Shown here piece by piece: positions 47,436-60,252 of a DNA stretch of 64,000 nt. Source of the DNA: Chiloscyllium plagiosum (Eukaryota); the NCBI RefSeq assembly GCF_004010195.1, contig NC_057754.1, forward strand, positions 10,920,911-10,984,910, read 5' to 3'. The position numbers were made by a program, and so were the translations under genes. The notes below the pieces were generated by a model. It saw only the letters and a list, made by a program, of their open reading frames with translations. It searched no databases and was not told where the DNA came from. Within the stretch, counting starts at the first letter, position 1. Every line of letters begins with the position of its first letter.

Positions 47436-48734
47436 TCTAATTCTTCTTCCTATACTCATGACTGAGTAGTAAAAGTGATGTTGTTGAAACCTATTGGCTG
47501 TCCCCTTGCAGATTTGAGCCATTCTGATTACATTTGTCATCTATCCTGATTTTAGTCTGTGATATGCACCAAATACAGACAGGTGAGCTTAGTCTAGTTT
47601 GAGAAACATGGCTGGCATGGCCAAGTTGGAAGAAAGGGTCGACTGCTCTGCTCTTTGACTCTATGATACAAGTGATCCTGTTTAAAAACTAGATCTTCAC
47701 CAATCAGGTCAGCACACTGTGTTGGATCGTGTGCATGTGTTCTCCCTCATATTTAAAAAAAAATCCCAAACCATAAGGGCTGACTTTTACTGACACACAA
47801 AACAAGAGAAGTATTTGAGCAGTTCAGGCTGCGAAAGAAAATAAGTGTTTGGGGCAAGTTCCTGGCATGGATAAAGGATTGGATGTTTGGCAGAGGAAGA
47901 GAGTGGGCTTGGAGGAGTCTTTTTTCAGGATAGCAGTCAGTGACTAGTGGAGTTCCACAGGGGTCAGTGTTGGGACCACAGTACACATTAATGATCTTGT
48001 CAAAGGAACTCAGGGCATTGTAGCTGGGTTTTCAGAAGACTCAAAAGGTGTGTTTTAAACATTGTCTAAAATTATTTCTGATGGCACAGTATGATGTCAT
48101 TTTGTCCACAGGCCAGGGCTGATCCGTTTGAGTTTGGAATTCCACTTCCCTGTTTGAGGAAATGAATCAGTTACATGAGCAATGTTCTAGTTTGGCAGGG
48201 AGAATGAGGTGAGGCAGTATAAACTGTGACCAGGAATCAATGGGTAAGTAACAGGGAAAGGGGACCAATTGAGTGCTTCCTTTCCTTACTGTGACCAGGC
48301 TCTTGTTTCAAAGTCTGAAATGAAACAAGAACAAGTAGAATGGATGAAATCTTGCTTTCTGTGGGTAGGTCTCTCACTCTTGGAGGCTGTGTCTGTGCCT
48401 CCCTCTATGGTGAATGTGAGGTTCAGTTCCCTGAGGGGGCATGAACACAGTTTTACCATCTCAAACTTCAGCCCCAATCATTGTGTCATTTCAGATTAAA
48501 ATATTACAGGGAAAATCTCATTGAGATGAGCTCTTGAGACGTCACGCCATGGGCCAAGTGCTAGAAACTGGAACTTGGGAGCACTTGGATGTTTGATGAC
48601 TGGCAATGGCATGATGGGCTAAAGGCTGTAAAAACTCGACAATGCGACCATTTTGGAGGATAAACCTATCTCCTGTAAAGAAAAAGCTAAAAATGCTGTG
48701 TCATTTAGAGAAGATACAAACATGCTAGCTATCA

Positions 48735-48806
48735 TCCTTGGTGGTTGAGTGGTTAAGATTTTGTGCTTTCACCACTACGGCCAAGGTTCGATTCCTTGTC
48801 GACAAA
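48735..48806 (+). pseudogene. tRNA-Glu(TTC) pseudogene
   Basis: TCCTTGGTGGTTGAGTGGTTAAGATTTTGTGCT-TTC-ACCACTACGGCCAAGGTTCGATTCCTTGTC is colinear with vertebrate tRNA-Glu; B box intact; acceptor and anticodon stems mismatched. Confidence 0.82.
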
Positions 48807-49099
48807 TCAGGATTTATTGTGATAACAACTGGGCAACTCTAATGAGAAGCCTTGCATCATCTTAGATCAGTTCATGTCCCAAAGAACATCAATGTCAATG
48901 TCCTACACCCTTAAAGATGGGGAGTTTTCCCTTACTGTCTCTGCTCAGTCGGACAGTTCACCGTTCATTCTCCTGTAATTCTGGTTCCCAATAAGTTTCT
49001 AAAGATTAATTATGTTGGAGACTGAATTTTCTGCTCAATTCCCTTCCCATTCCCAGGGGGTTTGGGAAATTGAAAGTTGCACATGAGGACTTTGTGATT

Positions 49100-49457
49100 A
49101 GATTTTTTAGATTAGATTCCCTACAGTGTGGAAACAAGGCCTTCGGCCCAACAACTCCGCACCGACCCTCTGAAGGGTAACCCACCCAGACCCATTTCCC
49201 TCTGACTAATGCACCAAACACTATGGGCAATTTAGCATGGCCAATTCACCTAACCTGCACACCTTTTGAACTTCTGCAGTACATCTTGTAGATACATCTT
49301 TTGTGACTGTGGGAGGAAACCGGAGCATCCGGAGGAAACCCACGCAGACACAGGGAGAATGTGCAAACTCCACACAGACAGTCACCTGAGGCTGGAATCA
49401 AACCCATGTCCCTGGTCCTGTGAGGCAACAGTGCTAACCACTGAGCCACTGCGCCGC
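49100..49457 (-). mobile_element. HE1-type SINE, full length
   Basis: Reverse-complement HE1 head and (ttaga)n tail. Confidence 0.9.
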
Positions 49458-49510
49458 TTCATCATCCCTTTCCTTAATGACACTGGGACTTTGACTCAGA
49501 TGTTCTCGAG

Positions 49511-49640
49511 TGTTATGGACCAGGCCAGACCCCCTCAAAATATTATAAGAAGGTAGCCTAGACACTAAGTTTTCTTATTTTAAAGGCCGATGTGAAGTAT
49601 ATATTCCAGGTGTGATGCAGCTGGTCAACCCCCTGAGCTT
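49511..49640. mobile_element. LTR fragment related to 1667-2438 and 60253-61446
   Basis: tgttatggaccaggccagacccc...tccaggtgtgatgcagctggtca. Confidence 0.7.
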
Positions 49641-49669
49641 ACAGAGTTTTTGTAAGCGCTGATATATTC

Positions 49670-50617
49670 AGGCTGTGGCTAAACCCAAGACATGACATAT
49701 GTTGTGTCCCCCACCCGTTATCCTCCTCCAAACAAGGAGGGTTGGTAAGGTAAGGCTTTTTTCATTTATTCAATATTTCTTGGCAATTTAGAGCAGAGGG
49801 GATGGAAGCTAGAGCATTGCATGCTCCTCTTGCAAGATGTGGGAGGTAAGGATCACCACTGGTATCCCTGTTGACTTCGCCTGCGAGAAAAGCAAACAGC
49901 TCCTCACAGGCCACATTAGGGAATTGGAGTTGGATCCGGATTATCTTTGGATCGTTTGGGAGGCTGGGGAGGCGGGGGTGGTGATAGAGAGGAGTTATAG
50001 GGAGGTAGTCACACCTAATTTACAGGAAAAATGTAGCTGAGGGAGAGGAAAAAGGAATAGACAGACAGTACAGGGACAGTACAGGGACCCCCTGTAGCCA
50101 TTCACTTTGGTCAGAGTAACCAGAATGCAAAGTACTGGGCTCATGGTAAAATTCTTGGTAGTGTAGATGAGCAGAGAGATCTCGGTGTCCAGGTACACAG
50201 ATCCTTGAAAGTTGCCACCCAGGTTGACAGGGTTGTTAAGAAGGCTACAGTGTTTTAGCTTTTATTAATTAGAGGAGGGATCGAGTTCCGGAATCATGAG
50301 GTTATGCTGCAGCTGTACAAAANNNNNNNNNNNNNNNNNNNNNNNNNNNNNNNNNNNNNNNNNNNNNNNNNNNNNNNNNNNNNNNNNNNNNNNNNNNNNN
50401 NNNNNNNNNNNNNNNNNNNNNNNNNNNNNNNNNNNNNNNNNNNNNNNNNNNTAGTAGATTCGCCAACTTTAAGTACATTTAAGTCGTCATTGGACAAGCA
50501 CATGGATGTACATGGAATAGTGTAGGTTAGATGGGCTTCAGATTGGTATGACAGGTCGGCGCAACATCGAGGGCTGAAGGGCCCATATTGCGCTGTAATG
50601 TTCTATGTTCTATGTTT
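49670..50617 (+). mobile_element. CR1 5' end (ORF1 zinc-finger/leucine-zipper start) joined to a CR1 3' end; spans the gap
   Basis: CSSCKMWEVRITTGIPVDFACEK...IRELEL, then RT 3' region and (ttctatg)n tail. Confidence 0.8.
50323..50451. other. Assembly gap (129 N)
   Basis: Run of N. Confidence 1.
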
Positions 50618-51486
50618 AATACAGCTGAGCTACCTTAGAATTGAAGTGTATGATTTATTGTCATTTGCATTTAACAAATGAAGAGCAAACAGTCTCTTAT
50701 TTACCACGCTTCGTGCATTTATAGACACAGACGATATTAAGATACAACGAGAATATATCAAACATCAGAGCTTTTCCTCCTTTTTTGTGCTCATCTCCAC
50801 ATTACGGGCGTGGGTAGCATTCGCAAACATTCTGGGCCCACCAACACCCCAGCAACAGTCATTTCCAGGTATGTCGCTCTGGGGCCACCGTCGTCACTAC
50901 TGCATTCCAGGCGGACCACACTGAACCCACCATGACATCACACCACCACCAATGTAACCACTGCTTCTGTCGATCTGCCAGGGGTACTGATTCGGGTCTA
51001 TCACATTCCCGCAACATCAACAATTGCTGTTTTGTTTTGCAATGGAGATTTCTTTATCAGTCGAAGTTCGTAGAGACAGGTAGGAAAGTGGGTTTTCGGC
51101 AACAGTTTTCGCCATGGTCTTATTGAATGGTGGTACAGTGGTGAAGTGGACTATTCCTACCCCTACATCATCTGCTCTGACGCTTTTGCCTGATACATAT
51201 TTATCGTTCAACAAACGAAAGGAGCATAGATGTCACAAGACTTTGGTGGCTCTCACCCACGTTGTGTTCATAGCTACAAAGTGGATGATGCATTTCTGAA
51301 AGACTGTCCGCCTATGAGACTTGGAACGTGAGTATAAACAGGTTTGCTTGTTTTAGTATTAAAGACATTCCATCTAGAAAAGACTTCTCCCTGTCCATTA
51401 GAACTGCCCACAGTCTTAATGAGACATCGGTAGCCAATGATCCTCAGGGCAGCAATAGAGTAAATTGCACAAGTGTGGAATGACAT

Positions 51487-51968
51487 CCTATCGGAAGGAT
51501 GTTGTGAAACTTGAAAAGGTTAAGAAAAGATTTACAAGGATTTTGCCAGGGTTAGAGGATTTGAGCTATAGGGACAGGTGAATAGACTGGCGTTGTTTTC
51601 TCTGCAGGTTTATGAAGCCATGAGGGTCATGGATGGGATAAATAGACAATATCTTTCCGCTAGGGTGGGGGAGTTCAGAACTAGAGGGCATAGGTTTACG
51701 GTGAGAGGGGAAAGATATAAAAGAGACCTAAGGGGCAATGTTTTCACGCAGAGGGTAGTATGTGTATGGAATGAGTTGCCAGAGGAAGAGGTGGAGGCTA
51801 GTACAATCACAACATTTAAAAGGCAGCTGGATGGGTATATGAATAGGAAGGGTTTAGAGGGATATGGGCCGGGTGCTGGCAAGTGGAACTAGATTAGGTT
51901 AAGATGTGTGGTCGGTATGAACGAGTTGGATCAAAGGGTCTGTATCCGTGCTGTACATCTCTATGACT
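51487..51968 (+). mobile_element. CR1 LINE 3' end
   Basis: RGERYKRDLRGNVFTQRVVCVWNELPE. Confidence 0.9.
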
Positions 51969-52506
51969 GACAATTTGAAAAGTAACAAGATTGTGCGAAA
52001 AGCAAGTGGCATCATAGATATTTGGGAGGACCAGTCAAGAAAATCCTTTCAAAGTATCATGAAGAATAATTAAATAAAGGAATGACCTCGAGGAAATGAA
52101 ACAATGAACATTTAAACAGAAATCACTGTCAGATGGTGATGACAGTTCTGAGATAAGAAACAAAGGCTAAAGAGAAAGTTAAAATGGAGGAAGGAGGGAA
52201 TGAGAGTGGGTGGAAAAGAAATGAGTACATAAATTTCCATGGGCCCAGAACACTGGAGAATTGAAATAGTGAGCACTGATCTGGACCGTGGTTTAGCATC
52301 TCATCCTGAAAGATAGGAGCTCCGATAATTTCAGATTCCTTTAGAATTCGGAATTGAGAACCATCTCAGCTAGATAATGGACATGACATCTCTTTCAAGT
52401 GCAGGAGCCTCGACACACAAATGCCAGATTCAAATTCAAGAAATAGCGTTGCAAACGGAGTCACTCTGATAGATGATAAATAAGATGGGTCAATTTTGTT
52501 TTTCTT

Positions 52507-53408
52507 TTAACGTTTGAAGAATCTGATATAGATGGTGAATGGATACTTTATCACCACCTTAAGCTCCTCTCTAAACTTGTTCTGAGATACAGCGTAGATG
52601 AAGATGTTGTTGCAGGAGCTGAGTAACTGGAGCATGTTGGTAGTCTCTGAAAGGATGTACTGTGGGTCTTTGAAATTCTGGCTGTTGAAATAACCTGCAC
52701 CTCGAACTCGCACGTAGAGGAAACGCCCGACCTGGGTAGCCCACAGGAGAAGGAAACTGAGTGAGACGGCAAACAGCAGGACAATGGACCTCTTGCGATT
52801 CACCATCTCCGAATCTTGGCAGTTCTCAACACCTCGAAGCCTCTGCCTGGATCTGTTGGCCCATAAGATGTGCTTTATAGTCAAAGCATTGAGAAGAAAA
52901 ATGAGAATGAATGGGAAAATGGGGGTTAAGATGGGGTCGAGCATGTCGTAGGCCTGCCAGACTGGAGAAGTGTAATAGCTGGACTTGATATCACAGAACC
53001 AGGGCACACCCCTAATCGTATACAACGGCTTGTAGATAAAGTATAAAGGGACATTCTTGATGCAACTCAGGATACAAATTGTTCCAATGACCAGTGATGC
53101 AGATTTCTCAGTGCAGTATCTGATCTTCAAGTTCTGGCAGCAGATGGCAACAAAACGATCGATGGTGAAGGCCACTGTCAGCCACACTGAGCCATCTCGG
53201 GTACCATAGACTAGTACAGCGCCAAGGCTGCATACTGGTGTGGTAAACAAGACACTGTACCGAAAGTAAATGCGGCCAATCCTGTTTAGGATGACGGAAA
53301 TTATTATCACAAAGAAGTCATTGACAGCTATCACCACAAGATAGTATGTGATGCATTTGGAGAGTCCACAACGTCCTCGGGATAAAATTCCAATCGCCAG
53401 CAAATTGG
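52507..53408 (-). CDS. GPR139/GPR142-like class A GPCR, exon 2 (end of TM1 to TM7, stop)
   Basis: Hydrophobic helices, SVWLTVAFTIDRFVAIC, YCTEK, LLNALTI, NMLQLLSSCNNIFIY; polypyrimidine acceptor ttttctttctcAG at 53409-53421, phase 1. Confidence 0.92.
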
Positions 53409-53574
53409 CTGAGAAAGAAAATGAGAGAGACGTTGTTGAACTTATTCAAAACACTTACTACTGTCTCAAAACAACATGTTGCTCAAACGCACTTTCAGAC
53501 TCTTGAGTATTCAAGCTCCTCTGCTCCACCTGTTCTTTTCCTTTCTCTCTTTTTTTCTCCTTTCTACATCTTGT

Positions 53575-54115
53575 TGAATTAATTAATTAGACTTAGCTGA
53601 AGGGGAATTGAGAATCTGGCGAGTCTCCCACAGTGCAGGCCTGCGCCAGGGAAGCAGCCCTGAAGTAGTAATCGGCACCTGGAATCACTCTGGGGGAAGC
53701 AGTCCCAAATCAGCGGCCAGCGCTGGCAGCGAGTCCCGAGCTGAGGCCGATGCAGAGGAAACAATCCGGAGGAAAACTTTACTTGGAACGGAGTGGAGGA
53801 GGCTTGGAGGGGAGAGGGGACGATTGTTAGACTGGAGTCTGGTGTGGGTTATCAGACTGCACTGTGGTATTGTAATGTAATATTTATTTGTAATTGTTTA
53901 TCTAAATGTAATGTCTATCCTCTAGCTATGTCTTCTTTCCAACTTATTCTTTGAAGACTGCAAAATAATGCAACTATTTTTTTTAAAATTCTTTTTGCTA
54001 TCTAAGGTTTGCACTGATGCATTTATACCTGAGATGGCGTCATAAGCGGTGGCATTGCAAAGCTTTTCACTGTACTCCTGTGTTTCTGTGCTTGAGTACA
54101 CCATGAAAAAAAACC
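53575..54115 (+). mobile_element. Unclassified short retroposon with Rex1-like 3' tail
   Basis: Ends cttttcactgtactc...cttgagtacac + A-run, like the tail at 43140-43222. Confidence 0.45.
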
Positions 54116-54559
54116 TGCTAGATCCTATTCTATATTTTATATAATTTTATATAATTCCTGCGACGATTTCCCACCATACATACCCCAGTCGCTGAAGCTA
54201 CAATCACAACTTTAACTTCAGGAGTTGAATTCACCCCTGACAAAGAATCCCCTTGAAATCTTTAAAAAAAGAACAAGAAGAAACTGCAATGTATATTCCA
54301 TGTCTGGTAATGAATATATAACGGACTTGTGCCAGGACTAAGCAGAAGAACTAGTAATTCTAACCAGAAGTAACTTTGCACTGGAATGCATCAAAATTTG
54401 TGAACACGTATGTACGAGTCAGCATCAAAAGTGAACTGTGGACTGACTGAACGGCTCAACCTCACTTCATCATAACCACTCAACAGCGTATATTCACCCA
54501 CACACAGTCACCCTCAATCACTCACCATCACTCAGCCTCGTGACAGGAACCAGGATGCG

Positions 54560-55230
54560 TGAAGCCAGGCAGAAAGAGTGGACTGCGTTGGGGTTGGAGT
54601 CAGCGGCGTGGATCATTCGGTGGCGTCAGGTGGTTCAACTGGGGGTTCGGTTTGCAACGTATTGGATTTTAGATGGGGAAATGGCAGCCTGACATAGAAT
54701 GGAAGAAGAGGCCTGTCTTACTGGGAGGCGAAGATGATTGACATTGTGAGTAAATGGACAGATTCTAGGGGTACAGCACGCCACCTTTGTTGGGGTACAA
54801 TGAACAGAATTTAGAGGATTAGCGTGGTAATTGAAGGTAGGCTGAACTTTTGGAGCAGGCAGCATGGTAACACTGGGGAGGAGATGAAGCTGCAGGAAGA
54901 CTGGAAATGGGAGACAGAAACCGATATTGGTGGAGAAACACATAGATCGAGCAACACATTTGGGGATGCAGTACAGTTAACATTTCGAGTCCAGTCACCA
55001 TTCCATGGTCAGAGAAAGACGAGGGTAGGTATGAGAGTCTAGGAATCTGTGTGTAAGATTCTGGTAGTATATTAACAGGACAAGAACAGTGGTGTTTAAA
55101 AACTGGCCAACAAAGATTAGAGGCAGGGAGACGAGTAGCCAGATATCAGAGGGAAGGGAAAAATCCAATGTCTGTGCGAGATGGAGGGGGGGACAGGCAA
55201 AAGCCTGAGACGATATAAAATCCATAAATT
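54560..55230 (-). mobile_element. Possible very old Penelope-like endonuclease remnant
   Basis: Weak minus-strand motifs (VLVLLIYY, YCIP) across frameshifts. Confidence 0.3.
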
Positions 55231-56002
55231 TGAAGCTTCATTTCAGACTCTAAAAGCTGCTGATATGGCAAAGGTCGCACCGTCAATGAAATCTCTAACC
55301 ATCTGTATTCCCAGTCCTGAAATCTGATTGAATGCCTGCCTATTGGTGTCGCTTTCTCACCCTGTTTGCATAGGTTGAAATTGAATGCTTCTTCTGATTG
55401 CGTGCTGAGTCGCCAGATCTCAGCGCTGCTGAGAGTTGATTGGTCTGCGTGAAGGGTCAGTGTCAGGGTAAGTTAATTTGAATGAAGACGACAGGAAACC
55501 AGCCACAAGCACTGTGGCTGCTGGAGGACATAAAGTAAATTGTCAAACTTTGTTTACAATCCAATGTTTGCAGAAAATTCTCTGTCATAATGTCTCGTGT
55601 TGAGAATAATATTATAAATTGTTTGCACTTGCTTTGGAGTTACTTTGAAGGGACATATGTGGTGAGGTACAGCGTGGCAACTGAAAGAAGAGAGTGAAAT
55701 ATTTCAGTAAATACTAATGAAGATCTGTCCAGTCACCGAGTATGTTAACTTTAAATCCATGTATTTTACTTGCAGCAGTTGTGGGAGAAATACACTATGG
55801 AGAGATCTTAAAGAACGACATAAGGTTACCACAAATTTAAAAAATAAACTTTAGACCAATTAACATTGTTATCTAATTTATTTGGAGCTTTGTCGATTTT
55901 GCTTTGCTAGGCAATATCGTTGGCATTTAACTCCTTGTTTTTATCTCTCTCATCAGGATAATCTTTCATCGTCCTTGCAGGAACCAATGGCAGACAATAA
56001 GG

Positions 56003-57560
56003 CTATAAGATACAGGAGCAGAAATTAGGCCATTTGGCCCATCGAGTCTTCTCCACCATTCAGTCATGGCTGATAGATTTTTCAACTCTATTTTCCTGCT
56101 TTATCCCCGTAACCTTTGATCTCCATGGCAATCAATAATTCATCTACCTATGTTTTAAATATACTCAATGACATGGCCTCCACAGCCTTCTGTGACAGTG
56201 AATTCCACGGATTCACCATTCTTGTAAGGTTAGATTAGATTACTTACAGCGTGGAAACAGGCCCTTCGGCACAACAAGTCCACACTGACCTGCCACCCAC
56301 CCAGACCCATTCCCCTACATTTACCTCTTCACCTAACACTATGGGCAATTTAGCATGGCCAATTTTTTGGACTGTGGGAGGAAACCGGAGCACCCGGAGG
56401 AAACCCACGCAGACACGGGGAGAACGTGCAAACTCCACACAGTCAGTCGCCTGAGGCGGGAATTGAACCCAGATCTCTGGCGCTGTGAGGCAACAGTACT
56501 AACCACTGTGCCACCCATAAAAAAGGGATAAAAAAAAGTTTCTCCTTCTAACGATTGTAAAAAAGGTTTTCCTTTTACTCTAAGGCTGTGCCTTCATGTC
56601 CTCGTCTCTCCTGCCAATGGAAACATCTTCCCAACGTCCACTCCATCCAGGCCGTTCAGTATTCTATAATTTTCAGTCAGATCACTCCCGCCACCACCCC
56701 CACCCCTACCGCTGTCATCCTTCTAAACTCCATAAAGTACAGTCCCACAGTCCTCAAAAAGATCCTGGGATCTTTGTCATGAACCTCCTCTGGACCTGGA
56801 CCAGGGCCAAAACGTCTTTCCTGAGGTATGGGTCGCAAAATTGCTCACAGTACTCTAAATGTGTTCTCAGACCTTTCAGTTTTTTCTAGCAATTTTTCCT
56901 TGCCGATGGCCACTGTACTCATATCTGCCGCCTGGCTGTCATGTATTTTTGAGATATTGGTCATGTCTTTCACCGAGAAGACTGACACAAAGTACTTATT
57001 AAGTTCCTCAGCCATTTCTTTGTTCCCATTACTACCTCTCCAGCATCCTTTTCCGATGGCCCAATGTCCACATTTGCCTTTATATATCTAAAGAAACCCG
57101 TGTAATCTCTCCGAATATTACCAGCTCATTACGCTCATATTAATTTTCTCCCTCCTTGTTTCTTTCTTTGTTGTCCTCTGTTGATCTTTGTACGCTTCCC
57201 AGTCCTCTTGCTTCCCATTGCCCTTCGCCATATTATGCTTTCTGTTTCGTTTTTATATTGTCCCTGACTTCCCTGACCAACCCGGGTTGCCTCAACTCCA
57301 CTTAGTATACTTCTGTTTCCACAGGATGAGTCGTGGTATGTCTATCGAATTACTGTCAGAAACTCCTGTCATTGCTGTTTCACTGTCTTTTCTGCTAAAC
57401 TCCTTTCTCAATCAATCAGTCAGTTCCTCCCTCATGCCACTATAGTTGCCATTATTCAACGGTAAAACCATTATGTCTGATTCCCACCTTCTTCGTTTCA
57501 AACTGCAGAATACATTCTACCATATTATGGTCCAGGCCGCATAAGGTTTCCTTCACTTTC
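56003..57560 (-). mobile_element. Old CR1 LINE, internally deleted, with HE1 SINE at 56230-56515
   Basis: EMAEELNKYFVSVFSVKD on the minus strand; tail ataagatacaggagcagaaattaggcc. Confidence 0.8.
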
Positions 57561-60252
57561 AGCTCCCAGTGGCAGAAAATATTGCGAAAACCCGTGTTTC
57601 TAATATAATCCCAAGATTTTACCCAAAAAAAACAGCGATACCAAGACAAGAATTGTAAATTATTGAAAAGAAAGAGATTATTTGTACACTTTGCGTGTAT
57701 ATTTATAATTCAATTTATGCATTTCCAGTATTTTGTATGCATTGCATGATATAATGCTGTGAAGAGGCCAATGATAGTGTGATATTTGCGATTGCAGAAT
57801 GAAGTATTGCAAAATATTATTCAATTTGTTATGCTGCACCTTTATAAAAATGGCTTAATTAGAATGCTGCATCATGACTTCTAAATATTTAGAACACAGA
57901 ACATACAACAGTACAGCACAGTACAGGCCCACCCGTCCTCTATGTTGTGCTGAACATTTTTCCTATTCTGAGATCAAACTAACCTACATGCCCTTCGTTT
58001 TACTATCATCCACGTGCCTATCCAAGAGTCGCTTAAATATCCCTAATGTATCTGACTTTACTAGCACTGCTGGCAGTGCATTCAATGCATCCACCACATG
58101 CCGTGTAAAGAACCTACCTCTGACATCCCCCCAAACCTTTCTCCAATCACCTTAAAATTATGCCCCCGCATGATAGCCACTTTTGCACTGGGAAAAAGTC
58201 TCTGGCTATCTACTCCATCTATACCAGTCATCATCTTGTACCCCTGTTTCCAGTCACCTCACATCCTTCTTTGCTCAAATGAGAAAAGACCTAGCTTCCT
58301 TAAACTTCCTTCATAAGACATGCCCTACTGTCCAGGCAGCATCCTGGTAAACCTCCTCCACAACCTCTCTGAACCTTCCACATCCTTCCTACAATGGGTT
58401 GGCCAGAACTGAACACGATATTCCAAGTGTGGTCTAACCAGTGCTAGAGAAAACTGCAGCATAACCTCGCAGGTGTTAAACTCAACAGCCCTACTAATGA
58501 AAGCCAATATACCATACTCCTTCTTAACAAAACTGTCAACTTGTGTGCCAATTTTGAGCGAACTATGGATCCCCCTGTTCCTCCACACTGCCAAGAATGC
58601 CGCCTTTAACCCTGTAATATTCAAATTAAATAAATTCCAAAATAAATCACTTCACACTTTTCCAGGTTGAACTCCATCTGCCACTTCTCATCACAGGTCT
58701 GCATCCTGTCAACCTACAACAGCCCTCCACAGTATTCACAACTCCACCAATCTCCGTGTCATCGGTGAACTTAATAACACACCCTTCCACTTCCTCATCC
58801 AAGTCAGTTATAAAAACCACAAAAAGCAGAGATCCCAGAACAGATTCCAGCAGAACACCACTGATCACCGAACTCCAGATTGAATTATTCTCCATACGAT
58901 CACGCTTTGCCTTCTATGGGTCGGCCAAGTCTGTATCCAGCCAGCCATATTTCCCTGTATCACATGCCCCCTTCCTTTTTGAGTGAGCCTACCATGGGGA
59001 AAGCCTTGCTAAAATCCATATAAAATCCACTTGCATTGCTTTACCTTCATCAATGTGTTTTGTTACATCTTCAAAGAATTTAATAAGGCTTGTAAGGCAA
59101 GAACTGCTCCTCCATGCTGACCAATCAAACTATGTTTTTCCAAACAAGCATAAAACCTGTATCTCAAAATCCTCTCCCAGAATTTGCAAACCATTGACGT
59201 CAGACTCACTGCTCCATAATTCTCAGCGGTATTCCTATTCCTCTTCTTGAACAAGGGAATATCATTTGCCAATCTGCAATCATCAGGTACTATTCCAGTG
59301 GACAGCGAGGAGCAGAAATCATTGCCACAGGCGACACAATCTCTTCCTTCGCTCCGTAGTAACCTTGGGTATATCCTGTCATGCTCAGGGGTCTTATCTA
59401 TCCTCATGTTTTTCAAATTTCCAGCACATCCTTCTTCTTATTATCCACCTTTTCGAGCATATCAGCCTGTTTCACACTGTCCTCACAAACCACAACAAAC
59501 CTCTCACTGGTGAATGCTGAAGCAATGTATTCATTGCAGAACTCCTCTACCTCCTCCAATTCCAAGAACAAGTTTGCACCACTATCCCTGATTGTCCTTC
59601 CTCTCACTCTCACTATCCTCTTGTTCTTGACATTAATGTAGAATGCCTTGAGGTTTTTCTTAATCCTAACCACCAAGGTTTTAAAATACCTCCTTCTAGC
59701 TCTCCTAAGTCCATTCTTCAGTTTTGTTTTGGCTCCCTTGTAACCCACTAGAGGCCTGTCTGATTCTTGCATCCTCAACCTTAAGTCAGCTTCCTTCTTC
59801 CTCTTGATGAGTAGTTCCACATCTCTTGTCATCCTTCGCCCTGTCATCTCTTCCTTGCCTCAGTGGGACAAACCTATCCAGCAGTCGCAGGAAGCACTCC
59901 CTAATCAAGTTCCACATTTCTGTCGTGCATTTCCTTGAGAGTATCTATTCCCAACTTTTGCTCCACAGTTCCTGCCTAATAGCATTGTAATTCACCCTCG
60001 CGCAATTGAATATTTCCCCATACAGTCTGCTCCTATCTCTCTCCATGACTATAGTAAAGGTCAGGGACTCGTGATCACTATCACTGAAATGCTTTCCCAT
60101 TGACAGATCTGGCATCTGACCTGGTTTGTTGCCCAGAATCAAATCCAATATGGCCTCCTCTCAAATCGACTTATCTACGTATGGAGTCAGAAATCCTTCC
60201 TGGACGCACCAAACAAAAACTGCTCCATCCAAACTATTTGCACTAATGAGGT

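Noticed and set aside
50294..50525. ORFs across the N run
   Set aside because: Artefacts of the assembly gap inside a CR1.
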